64,000 nt of DNA from an uncultured Thermoplasmatales archaeon. Its GTDB lineage: Archaea > Thermoplasmatota > Penumbrarchaeia > Penumbrarchaeales > Penumbrarchaeaceae. The translations under genes were made by a program, and so were the position numbers. A model generated the notes under the pieces. The model was not told the DNA's origin, searched no databases, and saw nothing but the letters and a program-made list of their open reading frames with translations. Of this stretch, positions 9,510 through 19,538 are shown piece after piece; positions within the stretch are counted from its first letter, which is position 1, and each line of letters begins with the position of its first letter. The stretch covers positions 21,921-85,920 of the forward strand of contig CAYULA010000003.1 of the NCBI GenBank assembly GCA_964445525.1. Direction: 5' to 3'.

Positions 9510-10355
9510 CTATTTCCTCTTCTTTATACTTATTTTCCCCTTATTTTCACGTTCCCTCTCTTCCCTGTCCTGTTCCCTCTTTGATTTGGACTTTTTCTTC
9601 TTGGGTGAGGGTTGTTTCTTCTCTTCCTCTTCCTTCTCATCTTCCAGAAGGTCCTTGACAGCTTTGATCGGTTGTACTCCGAATGTATCCTCACCCTTTT
9701 CCTTGAGCTTCCTTCGGAATTCGAAGAACTTGAGACCTCTCATCAATGCCTGGCCAATGGGAATGGTTATTACCATGTAAAGAAGGATCCAGTATGGAAA
9801 TCCCCTGCCTCCGAAACAGATTGTGCCGCAGACCTGCTCGAATGCAGATCCGTTCAGGGACCAGGATATATCCCAGGGAGTGGTGGCCGTGGGTTGGGGC
9901 ACCGTTGCTATGAATGTGTACATCCATCTGAATATGAGAATGGCAATGACCATGGAAAAGATCGACGCCTTCATCTGTGTCATCATCAACTGGGACTGCA
10001 TGGACATGATTTCAGGGTTCTGTTCCTGCATTCTTTCTACCTTGGACTGATTGTTGTCCTTCTGGGCCTGGCGGAGCTCCTTGTTGTAGGCGTTCATGAT
10101 CCTCTGTTTCCTGGCCAGGTCCATCCAGTCCATTGTGAAATGCCTGATGGTAGTGGAGATCGTAATGGTCAGCAGCCCGGCTCCCACCATTGTGAGCAGG
10201 GGCCATCTTGAACCGAAACCGATTACGGGCATCAGAATGATGCCAACATATCCGGAAATGGCATCCCCCAGATCACGATTGATCATGATCATTATAAGGA
10301 ACATGAAGGCGAGTGCGTAGAGGAAGCCTGTGGGCCCTTGACACATCTCCGCCAT
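9510..10355 (-). CDS. DUF106 / EMC3-TMCO1-like membrane protein (archaeal YidC/Oxa1-type insertase homologue) with long Lys/Glu-rich tail
   Basis: A TM helix is followed by a coiled-coil cytoplasmic hairpin (ARKQRIMNAYNKELRQAQKDNNQSKVERMQEQNPEIMSMQSQLMMTQMK) and then further TM helices. This layout is typical of DUF106. The C-terminal 70 aa are highly charged (KKKKSKSKREQDREERERENKGKISIKKRK). Confidence 0.7.
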   Translation of the reverse strand: MAEMCQGPTGFLYALAFMFLIMIMINRDLGDAISGYVGIILMPVIGFGSRWPLLTMVGAGLLTITISTTIRHFTMDWMDLARKQRIMNAYNKELRQAQKDNNQSKVERMQEQNPEIMSMQSQLMMTQMKASIFSMVIAILIFRWMYTFIATVPQPTATTPWDISWSLNGSAFEQVCGTICFGGRGFPYWILLYMVITIPIGQALMRGLKFFEFRRKLKEKGEDTFGVQPIKAVKDLLEDEKEEEEKKQPSPKKKKSKSKREQDREERERENKGKISIKKRK

Positions 10356-10426
10356 GGGATTTTGGGCCGGAGCAGCCTCCTTTTTTTCATCAGCCAGAAT
10401 TCACACCCCTCATCATTATTCAGGAG

Positions 10427-10500
10427 GGCCGGGACCGAGATTTGAACTCGAGCCAGGGGATCCACAGTCCCCGGTGCTGCCAGGCTACACCATCCCGGCC
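10427..10500 (-). tRNA. tRNA-His(GUG): tRNA-His (anticodon GUG) with genome-encoded G-1
   Basis: Hand-folded cloverleaf. G-1 + acceptor GCCGGGA/TCCCGGC, D arm GTGT-AGCCTGGCA-GCAC, anticodon arm GGGGA-CTGTGGA-TCCCC (GTG), 4-nt variable loop, T arm TCGAG-TTCAAAT-CTCGG, discriminator C pairing with G-1. CCA is not encoded. Confidence 0.9.
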
Positions 10501-10534
10501 ATCGGGTTGGATTCTACCCCATACTATCCTTGTA

Positions 10535-11032
10535 TTAATTTATTTTCGAGAAGCGAGATCTTCCGTTCCTGATGAATCTTACAATTCTATCCTTTCTGTA
10601 CAATCCGTTGGTATAAATGAAAAAAATCAGGATCATGAGTCCAATCAATTCCTCTCCGATCACGTAGGGTTCGAGTAACGCGTCGAACCACTGGGAAACC
10701 CGGAAATCATAGGATTCAAAGGGTCCGAACAACGGCCACAGTGCCGTTTCCCTGTCCAAAAAGATTCCATCCAGAATATGATGGAAGCTCACACCCAAAG
10801 AAATCGACAAACCGGGCCTCCATATTATGCCCGCAATAAGGATGAGGGTTGCAAAAATCATGGTGTGAGCGATTATCCTGCCATTGTCCTCGGACATGAT
10901 CATATGTCCCAGAGGTTTATCGATAATATCGGGAAGCAGTGCGCCGAGCATCAAAAGTCTAACATCAACATCGATCCTTCTTCCCAAAATGGGAACGAGA
11001 AGAGGTATCCCCAGATGACCGAGAGGCATCAT
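10535..11032 (-). CDS. membrane-bound metal-dependent hydrolase (YdjM/DUF457-like)
   Basis: MMPLGHLGIPLLV...LGALLPDIIDKPLGHM...HHILDG. This His/Asp pattern and the small polytopic size match the YdjM family. Confidence 0.65.
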   Translation of the reverse strand: MMPLGHLGIPLLVPILGRRIDVDVRLLMLGALLPDIIDKPLGHMIMSEDNGRIIAHTMIFATLILIAGIIWRPGLSISLGVSFHHILDGIFLDRETALWPLFGPFESYDFRVSQWFDALLEPYVIGEELIGLMILIFFIYTNGLYRKDRIVRFIRNGRSRFSKIN

Positions 11033-11045
11033 GGGATCTCCTCGA

Positions 11046-11603
11046 CTAGTGGTTGTGATTCTCCCTGAGAGACCTCTGTATCAGATCGTCCTCGATCTTT
11101 ACGGTCTCGTCGGATTCCGCAAGCATTCTCTCGGGAACGTTGTCGCCATGGTACAGCCTGACAAGTATTCCCATGTCCCTGATTGCCTTGAGAAGAGGAT
11201 AGAGGTCAGGGTCCGAACAAACCATGAAGACCTGATCGATTATCCTCTCGGTGGAGAGCCTGGTAATGTCCACTGCCATGGAAACGTTCACTCCTTTCCT
11301 CCGGAATTGACCATCCGAGCTCCTCGATAGGTCTCCGGTCCTGACCTTGAACCTCGGCAGATGCCTCAGTGACTGGAGGAACTTCTCCACTCCCTCGGAT
11401 CTGGACCTCTCCTCCATGGAGGCATCGGGTGTGAGGAACGGGACCGATTTGTAGTAGTAGGTCCTGAACCTGTGGCAGTCCTCGGGAATTATCAGCTGGG
11501 AAAAGGTCAGAAAATCGATCCTCTGGGAATCGAACTCGTTTCTCAGCACACCGTCAAAATAATCTCCGTCAATAAAAACTCCAATTGAATCCCTCTTCAT
11601 CAT
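11046..11603 (-). CDS. NYN-domain (LabA/DUF88-like) putative ribonuclease
   Basis: IGVFIDGDYF at the N-terminus and MAVDITRL...VFMVCSDPDLYPLLKAIRDMGILVRLYH match the NYN/LabA acidic-residue pattern. Confidence 0.75.
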   Translation of the reverse strand: MMKRDSIGVFIDGDYFDGVLRNEFDSQRIDFLTFSQLIIPEDCHRFRTYYYKSVPFLTPDASMEERSRSEGVEKFLQSLRHLPRFKVRTGDLSRSSDGQFRRKGVNVSMAVDITRLSTERIIDQVFMVCSDPDLYPLLKAIRDMGILVRLYHGDNVPERMLAESDETVKIEDDLIQRSLRENHNH

Positions 11604-11782
11604 ATCACCGACTCATTGAAAAACATCTCAATAACTTCTTTGCTCACACCCTGGCATAAGGTTGTCCGAAATCCACTAAATTGTTTCTTTTTTCAGATTA
11701 CAAGCCACTGAAGGGACTATCGAGGTGTTATTTGTTTCGATGTTTGTATGCCGATGAAAGCCTGCTTCGATCGATTTTTCAG

Positions 11783-12901
11783 TCAAGGCATCAATTTCGA
11801 GGATGGAGGGAGGTTGAGCATGTCCGGATTCTCCTTGTACCATTCTATGGTGGAGAGGAGAATACCGTCAATATCATCGTATCTGGCCTGCCATCCCTGG
11901 TATGAAATCTTCTTACCCGAGGGGTTGTATCCGAGATCCCTGTAACCCTCTCCGGAGGTTTCCTGCAGGGGCAGTACAGACCCCATTAATTTCATTGTTC
12001 TTTCAACTATGTCGGTGATGGGGTATCTCATCTCGGATGTAATGTTGAAGACAGACACTCCGGAAAGGATTGATCTCTTTGAGGATTTTCCGGGGGTTGT
12101 CGAGGGAGTCGTGGCAACCGATGTTCCCGATATCACTGTACCTCCCGGGTGTGAGTGAACGGATTCTTTCTCCTCGGAAGCGACGGACGGACCGGTTGAA
12201 CCCGACAAGGAATCTATAAGGACATGGAGGGCGGAACAGAGGTCCAGGACATGCAACCAGTCCCTGTATCTCTCACCTCCCTTCTCCCTGACGCTCGGTG
12301 GACGGCCGTTTGTTATGGACCTTATGGTTCTCGGAACGATCCTGTCGGGGTCCTGATTGGGGCCTATAAGCTCGCACGGTCTTGCTATCACTATGGGATT
12401 TCCGCTGCTTTTCCCGGCAAGTGCAACCAGTTTCTCTCCGGCTGCCATCGTGGCGGCAAAAGAGTTGGTTGGATCCAGAGGTGCAGTCTCGTCCTTTCTC
12501 TGAACGGTGAAAGGACACGAACCGTAAACCTCGTCAGTGGAGATGTGCATCAGAGGGACGTGGAACCTGCAGGCGGATTCCGCCAGCATCCTGGCGCCGA
12601 GGATGTTGTTCCTTATGTAGAGCTCCATACCCTCGCTGAAGTGGGACCTGTAGCCTATGGAAGCGCAGTTTATGACCAGGTCCGAAACCTTCAGGTAGTG
12701 CTCGTATGTTGAGAGATCGCAGATACCGCCTTCCTTGAAAGAGTACCTGCCCTGGTACTGGTTTATTCCCATCACTTCCTCCATTCGGGTATCCCTGGCC
12801 ACATCCAGATTGATTATGTTCGTTCCGGGGTCCCTGCTCAGGAAATATGATATCAGGTTAGATCCCACAAAACCGTTTCCGCCGACTACGAGGACATCCA
12901 A
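11783..12901 (-). CDS. extended SDR, dTDP-glucose 4,6-dehydratase/epimerase-like, with the catalytic YxxxK replaced and a Ser/Thr-rich insertion
   Basis: Rossmann motif VVGGNGFVGSNL and HISTDEVYG are present. The segment collinear with RmlB PYSASKA reads NSFAATMA (F148, M152). An insertion of about 45 aa (STGPSVASEEKESVHSHPGGTVISGTSVATTPSTTPGKSSK) follows. Confidence 0.8.
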   Translation of the reverse strand: MDVLVVGGNGFVGSNLISYFLSRDPGTNIINLDVARDTRMEEVMGINQYQGRYSFKEGGICDLSTYEHYLKVSDLVINCASIGYRSHFSEGMELYIRNNILGARMLAESACRFHVPLMHISTDEVYGSCPFTVQRKDETAPLDPTNSFAATMAAGEKLVALAGKSSGNPIVIARPCELIGPNQDPDRIVPRTIRSITNGRPPSVREKGGERYRDWLHVLDLCSALHVLIDSLSGSTGPSVASEEKESVHSHPGGTVISGTSVATTPSTTPGKSSKRSILSGVSVFNITSEMRYPITDIVERTMKLMGSVLPLQETSGEGYRDLGYNPSGKKISYQGWQARYDDIDGILLSTIEWYKENPDMLNLPPSSKLMP

Positions 12902-13033
12902 GATTGTTGCCTCCTTGAGATTGTCAAGTTATTTACCTGCATGTTGTTAACACTTCCCTCCCTGGACAAGCATGGATTGGGATATATGGTATCATTAGAA
13001 CAGTTATATATCTCTAACAACTGTCCATGGCCT

Positions 13034-13969
13034 ATGTTGATCACGAGGGTCAGGAGCATACTGCTCATGATAATCGTCATCATAATCCCCGGGGTCCTGG
13101 CACTCTACACCGCGGAAGAAGCGGAGGGGGCCCTTGATCTGGGGATATCCATTCAGATGGATCAGCAGGAGCAGAATGTGGATGTCGACCCCCAGAGGGG
13201 GGGAATAATAACCTACACCGGAAGGGTTGACATTACCCAGAAATTCAGGGATCTGGATTTCCAGTTCGCCATGATCTCCCTGAATGCCACATGCACGGCC
13301 GGCTGGGAGGTAACCGACATTCCGGTTTTCACTGTGAGCCGAGTCGGTATCGACGATCCCGAATTCTCCGTTTCGGTGTTCGTACCTCAATTGACAAAAG
13401 CCACCGGTCAATCCCAGGTTCATGAGGTAATAATCTCCGGTACCTGGCGGTACGAGCCCGAGATACAGGGATTGACCAGCAGCGGAGAGATCCCGCCCAC
13501 TTCGACTTTTCTCTATGTCAACCAGGTCTATCAATACCAGATAAGGTCCGAACCGGGATACATCCAGACCTCTCCCGGAGGACAATTCGACCTGGACCTG
13601 TTAATCGAAAATACAGGCAACGGGGACGACGAGATCGAGGTTACCATCGAAAGAAGGGGCAGGATGGAGGACAACGGTTGGGCCTTCATCATGGACAGGA
13701 CCCATTACGAGCTTCCCTACGGAGAAACCCAGAAGATCAACGTGAAGGTGACAACTCCCAACAGGTGGGATGGTTGGAGGAATGTGATCTCTGTCATAAG
13801 GTTCAAGGTAATATCATCGCAAGCTTCCCAAAACAATGATGTATCACAGGAGGTATATTATTCCGTTTACGTCCGTCAGAGGGGAGTTTCGATCCCAGGG
13901 TTCGAAGCCCCCTTGATGCTTACCGCAGTGATCCTTGCGGCCGCCCTGACGCTGCGTCGGAGGAGATAA
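13034..13969 (+). CDS. secreted surface protein with PGF-CTERM (archaeosortase) sorting signal
   Basis: Start chosen at ATG 13034 (MLITRVRSILLMIIVIIIPGVLALYTA signal), with TATA-like AGTTATATATCT about 25 nt upstream. The C-terminus is SIPGFEAPLMLTAVILAAALTLRRRR: PGF, a TM helix, then a basic tail. The middle contains a CARDB/NEW3-like NTGNGDDEIEVTIE segment. Confidence 0.7.
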   Translation: MLITRVRSILLMIIVIIIPGVLALYTAEEAEGALDLGISIQMDQQEQNVDVDPQRGGIITYTGRVDITQKFRDLDFQFAMISLNATCTAGWEVTDIPVFTVSRVGIDDPEFSVSVFVPQLTKATGQSQVHEVIISGTWRYEPEIQGLTSSGEIPPTSTFLYVNQVYQYQIRSEPGYIQTSPGGQFDLDLLIENTGNGDDEIEVTIERRGRMEDNGWAFIMDRTHYELPYGETQKINVKVTTPNRWDGWRNVISVIRFKVISSQASQNNDVSQEVYYSVYVRQRGVSIPGFEAPLMLTAVILAAALTLRRRR

Positions 13970-13972
13970 CCG

Positions 13973-15748
13973 ATGTTTCCCCTAAGGAATTCCCTCAAAA
14001 CCGCAATATTGATGTCAGTTTTGATGATCGCACCTGCTCTTTTCCTCATTCCGGTGGATGCCACCATTGTATCGGGAGAGGTGGATCCCAGCGGAGCATA
14101 CGTTACCGAAAAGGAGGGTTTCCGCTATATCCAGGTGAGCGGGACTCCCGACGAGATCGGTTATCAGCACGGAACCATCCTTCATGATCTTATACCGAGA
14201 TCGCTTTCAGCCTATGCTCACGCAACCGAGAGGTCCTACGGTTTGACCTGGGATCGGGTCAGACTCCACGGTCGAAATTACTGGGCCTTGGTTCCCCAGG
14301 AGCAAAAAGAGGAGATAGAGGCCATTGCCCGGGGAGCTTCCGAAAACGGTGCGATCAATCCCCTCGGGGATCCGGTTGATACCTGGGATATTCTCGCCCT
14401 GAATGCCATATGGGACATCTGGTGGAGAGCGGAGCCTCCGGGTAACATCTGGTGGTGGCTTCCTTTCGGCAGCGGACTGCCCTCTCCTCCTTCCAACACC
14501 CCCCATCATTGTTCTGCATTCGTGGCCACCGGCGATGCCACGGAAGACGGCGGATTCGTTTTGGCCCAGTCACTGTGGATGCCCTACTTCCTCTCACCCG
14601 CTCATGCTGTTTTCATTGATATAATACCAGACCAGGGAAACCGGATCTTCATGGAGGTTACGGCGGGAATGATCTGGTCCGGTACAGAATATTACATGAA
14701 CTCGGCCGGAATGGTGATCGCGGAGACCACCCTGGGGACCGGTCCGTACAGATGGGGCGGCGTCCCCTCCTTCGTAAGATTGAGGAAAGCTGTCCAGTAC
14801 GCCGGTTCAATCGACGAATTCAAGGATATCATGCTGGAGAACACGAACGGAGCCTACTGCGGCGACTATCTTCTGGCAGATGCAAAGACCAATGAAGTTG
14901 CCATTTTGGAACTCGGATCCTACGAATGGGAGCTCAAGAGGACCAAGAACGGATTCCTTCCCTCCTGCAATTATCCCTGGGATCCCGAGGTCGCAGAGGA
15001 GATGGGCGCCCCGAGAGGATGGGATCACGGCTGCTATCCCAGATGGGTTAGGTGGGAGCAGCTTTCAGAGAGGGATTACGGAACCATTGACGTCTACAAG
15101 GGAATGGAATACCTGGGAGACCATTATGACACCGTCGAGGAAAAGATCAATCCCTCTTCTCACACACTATGCGGTCATGTAGAAAACGCTTCGGGTTATC
15201 CACACGGCTCCCTTGACGGAAAGGTCACCAACAGGTCCATGGCCCTGAGGATGGAGGTATGGGCCAGATTCGGCCATTCCTGCGGAGAACCTTTCATCGT
15301 CTCGGACCATGCCGAGAAAAATCCCGAATATGCCTTCGACGATCTCATAGATATAATTCCAAAACCTTATGCTGCCTTCTCCCCCCTTACCACTCTGGAT
15401 GTTTTGGTCAGGGATGGTGACGGGGATCCGATAACCGGAGCGGATGTAAGGATAAAGTCGGAGGTGGATAACTCGACCTTCGAATTGATGACCGACGGCA
15501 GCGGAACAGTCTCTTTCGAGTACCTTCCGTGTTCGGAATACACGCTGACGGCCGAGAAGGGAGATCAAAGAGGCGAGCACAGGTTCATTCACTCCGAGGA
15601 CGGCAGGGTGGAAATTGTTGTCTCCACCGTTTCAGAAAAGGATTCCGTTTTCGGTGGAGGTTTCAGCATTGCCGCACTTGTCGCGCTTGGTGTCGTGATC
15701 TCCTCTGCGGGGATCGTTTATTACCGCAAGGCCAACAAATCAAAATAG
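13973..15748 (+). CDS. secreted Ntn-hydrolase (peptidase C45 / choloylglycine-hydrolase-like) with CarboxypepD_reg-like domain and C-terminal TM anchor
   Basis: Signal peptide. The candidate nucleophile context HHCSAFVATGDATEDGGFVLAQSLW resembles the Cys-nucleophile site of C45/C59 Ntn hydrolases. DVLVRDGDGDPITGADVRIKSEVDNSTFELMTDGSGTVSF is carboxypeptidase-regulatory-like. The C-terminus has a TM helix + YYRKANKSK. Confidence 0.5.
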   Translation: MFPLRNSLKTAILMSVLMIAPALFLIPVDATIVSGEVDPSGAYVTEKEGFRYIQVSGTPDEIGYQHGTILHDLIPRSLSAYAHATERSYGLTWDRVRLHGRNYWALVPQEQKEEIEAIARGASENGAINPLGDPVDTWDILALNAIWDIWWRAEPPGNIWWWLPFGSGLPSPPSNTPHHCSAFVATGDATEDGGFVLAQSLWMPYFLSPAHAVFIDIIPDQGNRIFMEVTAGMIWSGTEYYMNSAGMVIAETTLGTGPYRWGGVPSFVRLRKAVQYAGSIDEFKDIMLENTNGAYCGDYLLADAKTNEVAILELGSYEWELKRTKNGFLPSCNYPWDPEVAEEMGAPRGWDHGCYPRWVRWEQLSERDYGTIDVYKGMEYLGDHYDTVEEKINPSSHTLCGHVENASGYPHGSLDGKVTNRSMALRMEVWARFGHSCGEPFIVSDHAEKNPEYAFDDLIDIIPKPYAAFSPLTTLDVLVRDGDGDPITGADVRIKSEVDNSTFELMTDGSGTVSFEYLPCSEYTLTAEKGDQRGEHRFIHSEDGRVEIVVSTVSEKDSVFGGGFSIAALVALGVVISSAGIVYYRKANKSK

Positions 15749-15797
15749 ATTATAATCCATTACCGGAAGGGGAACGGGATCACCCTGGGGTGAATTT

Positions 15798-16334
15798 ATG
15801 CGATACTGTCCCAACTGCAGTGCCTATCAGTACGAGGAAAATGCCCAAACCTGCAGGAAATGCGGTTACGACATGGCAGCCTACAAAGAAAGGGAAAACA
15901 GCAGGATGGAGAATGGGGATGAGAAGAGAAAAAAGAAAGAAGAGGAGAGATTGAAGTCCTTCGATCCCGATTGTCCATGTCCATTATGCAATTCTCCAAC
16001 CAAGGCCATCGACAGCGAGATGGACCTGATCCATGAGGGGGGGAGGATAAACATGCACGGCCTGAAGCTCATGGGAGGGGAGATCACCAAGAGAACCCTT
16101 TCACATTACAGGATGCGGGTGACCGGTATCGAATGCTCGGAGGGTCACTGTTTCTACATCGATGTCTCCTCCAGGAAGAAGGCCCTCTGCCCCCTTTGCC
16201 AGGATCCTCTGATGGAATACGGATCATCGCTCTATTCCTGCTCCAGATGCAACAGGCATTTCTCCATGGCCGACTGGGAATTTCCGCCTGACGTTGAGGT
16301 TTTGGAAAGAAACGGTTGGATCAAGGCGGAGTAA
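15798..16334 (+). CDS. multi-zinc-ribbon protein
   Basis: MRYCPNCSAYQYEENAQTCRKCGYDM at the N-terminus, plus further CxxC pairs (CPCPLC; CPLC...CSRC). No TM helix. Confidence 0.6.
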   Translation: MRYCPNCSAYQYEENAQTCRKCGYDMAAYKERENSRMENGDEKRKKKEEERLKSFDPDCPCPLCNSPTKAIDSEMDLIHEGGRINMHGLKLMGGEITKRTLSHYRMRVTGIECSEGHCFYIDVSSRKKALCPLCQDPLMEYGSSLYSCSRCNRHFSMADWEFPPDVEVLERNGWIKAE

Positions 16335-16380
16335 CTCGACGGGGAACATTTAAACAACAGCAGGTTGATTCGTTCCCCAC

Positions 16381-17304
16381 ATGGATGAGGAATACGAAGA
16401 ACACGTGACCGCGGTAAAGAAACTAGAAGAGGCAGAGGATCTGTATTCCTCCATGCAATTCGATGAGGCATACGGCCCCATCATGGAATGTCTCGAGCTC
16501 GATCCGGACCTGGGGAGGGCCTGGGAGCTCAACGGAATGATAATGCTATACTACGGTGATTTCGAGGGGGCCAGGAGTTCGTTCATGGAGGCCACCTCGA
16601 AGAGTGGCCACTACCCGGAAGCCAAGTGGTCCATTACACTCATGGAGGGTGACAAGTGGCCCCCGGGGAACGGTCCCAAGGTGGAGATGGAGAGATACTC
16701 GTTGATAGGCAACAGACTGCTCAACGACAGGTTATGGAAGGGAGCCGCTCTCTGCTATACAAAACTGGCCCAGATGTCCGAGCCCAACTGGATGACAAGA
16801 TCGATCATGGGTCTCATATACCGGGAGATGGGGTTGCTCGAACCATCACTTGAGGAATACCAGAAGGCGGCTTCTTTTGATGATTCACCTCCCGAGATAT
16901 ACTTCGACATGTCCACCGTCCTGATTAAATTGGGAAAACTGGAGGAGGCCGAGGGGATGCTTGTGGAGCTCATGGACAAATTGGGCCCCTCCCCTCCGGT
17001 GCTGAACAATCTTGGAACCTCGATAGAGGCCCAGGGAAGAGAGGACGAGGCCATGGAGATTTTTGAGGAGGCCCTGGAAATGGACCCCAAATATTATCCC
17101 GCCCTCTACTCAAAGGGCCGCCTCCTGCAGAAAAAGGGCAAGATGGAAGAAGCCAGAGAGGTCCTTGGCCGGGCACTTGACAAGGAAGGCCGAGTATTCG
17201 ACATGGAGGATGTCAACGGTAGGGAGGCCAGGGAACAGGACGGCAAGGTCCACATGAAAGAGGTCATGATCGAAGACGACCTCCAAAAAGAAGAAAAGGA
17301 GTAG
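16381..17304 (+). CDS. TPR-repeat protein
   Basis: Repeated 34-aa helical units with the W/L-G-Y-A-F-A-P pattern (e.g. AWELNGMIMLYYGDFEGARSSFMEA; ALYSKGRLLQKKGKMEEAREVLGRALD). Confidence 0.8.
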   Translation: MDEEYEEHVTAVKKLEEAEDLYSSMQFDEAYGPIMECLELDPDLGRAWELNGMIMLYYGDFEGARSSFMEATSKSGHYPEAKWSITLMEGDKWPPGNGPKVEMERYSLIGNRLLNDRLWKGAALCYTKLAQMSEPNWMTRSIMGLIYREMGLLEPSLEEYQKAASFDDSPPEIYFDMSTVLIKLGKLEEAEGMLVELMDKLGPSPPVLNNLGTSIEAQGREDEAMEIFEEALEMDPKYYPALYSKGRLLQKKGKMEEAREVLGRALDKEGRVFDMEDVNGREAREQDGKVHMKEVMIEDDLQKEEKE

Positions 17305-17365
17305 TTGATACCAATAAATTGGTATTTACAAAATATTTATTTTACCTTTCCCGATGGCTTAGCCG

Positions 17366-19071
<1,706 letters not shown>

Positions 19072-19097
19072 AGATCGAAAGCAAAGGAGGAATTGGA

Positions 19098-19523
19098 TTG
19101 ACGGACGGAAAGATCAGAATGGGATTCGTGGTGGCCGAATACAATTTCGACATAACCATGATGATGCTGGAGAGGGCTCAAGCTCACGCAGAGTTTCTGG
19201 GCTGCGATGTCAAGGATGTTGTAAGGGTTCCTGGAGTGTATGACATTCCCTTCGCCCTGAAAAGGCTGATGAAACAGGACGGAATAGATTGTGCGGTTGC
19301 CCTCGGAGCCGTGATAGAGGGAGAGACCGATCACGACGATGTCGTGATCCAGCATTCGGCAAGAAAGATCATAGACATATCCCTGGAGGCTGACAAGCCT
19401 GTGGGACTGGGGATAACCGGTCCGGGAATGTCCCGAGGCCAGGCACAGGCAAGGATCGAAAATGCCAGGGGAGCTGTCGAGGCCTGTGTGAAGCTTCTGA
19501 AAAATACGGAGAAATATTCATAA
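19098..19523 (+). CDS. ribH: 6,7-dimethyl-8-ribityllumazine synthase
   Basis: MGFVVAEYNFDIT...VVRVPGVYDIPFALKRLMKQDGIDCAVALGAVIEGETDHDDVV...KPVGLGITGPGMSRGQAQAR. Start set at TTG 19098, 7 nt after AAGGAGG (19084-19090). The track start is TTG 19068, and ATG 19119 is also possible. Confidence 0.9.
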   Translation: MTDGKIRMGFVVAEYNFDITMMMLERAQAHAEFLGCDVKDVVRVPGVYDIPFALKRLMKQDGIDCAVALGAVIEGETDHDDVVIQHSARKIIDISLEADKPVGLGITGPGMSRGQAQARIENARGAVEACVKLLKNTEKYS

Positions 19524-19538
19524 GCGATCGGATGCAAC

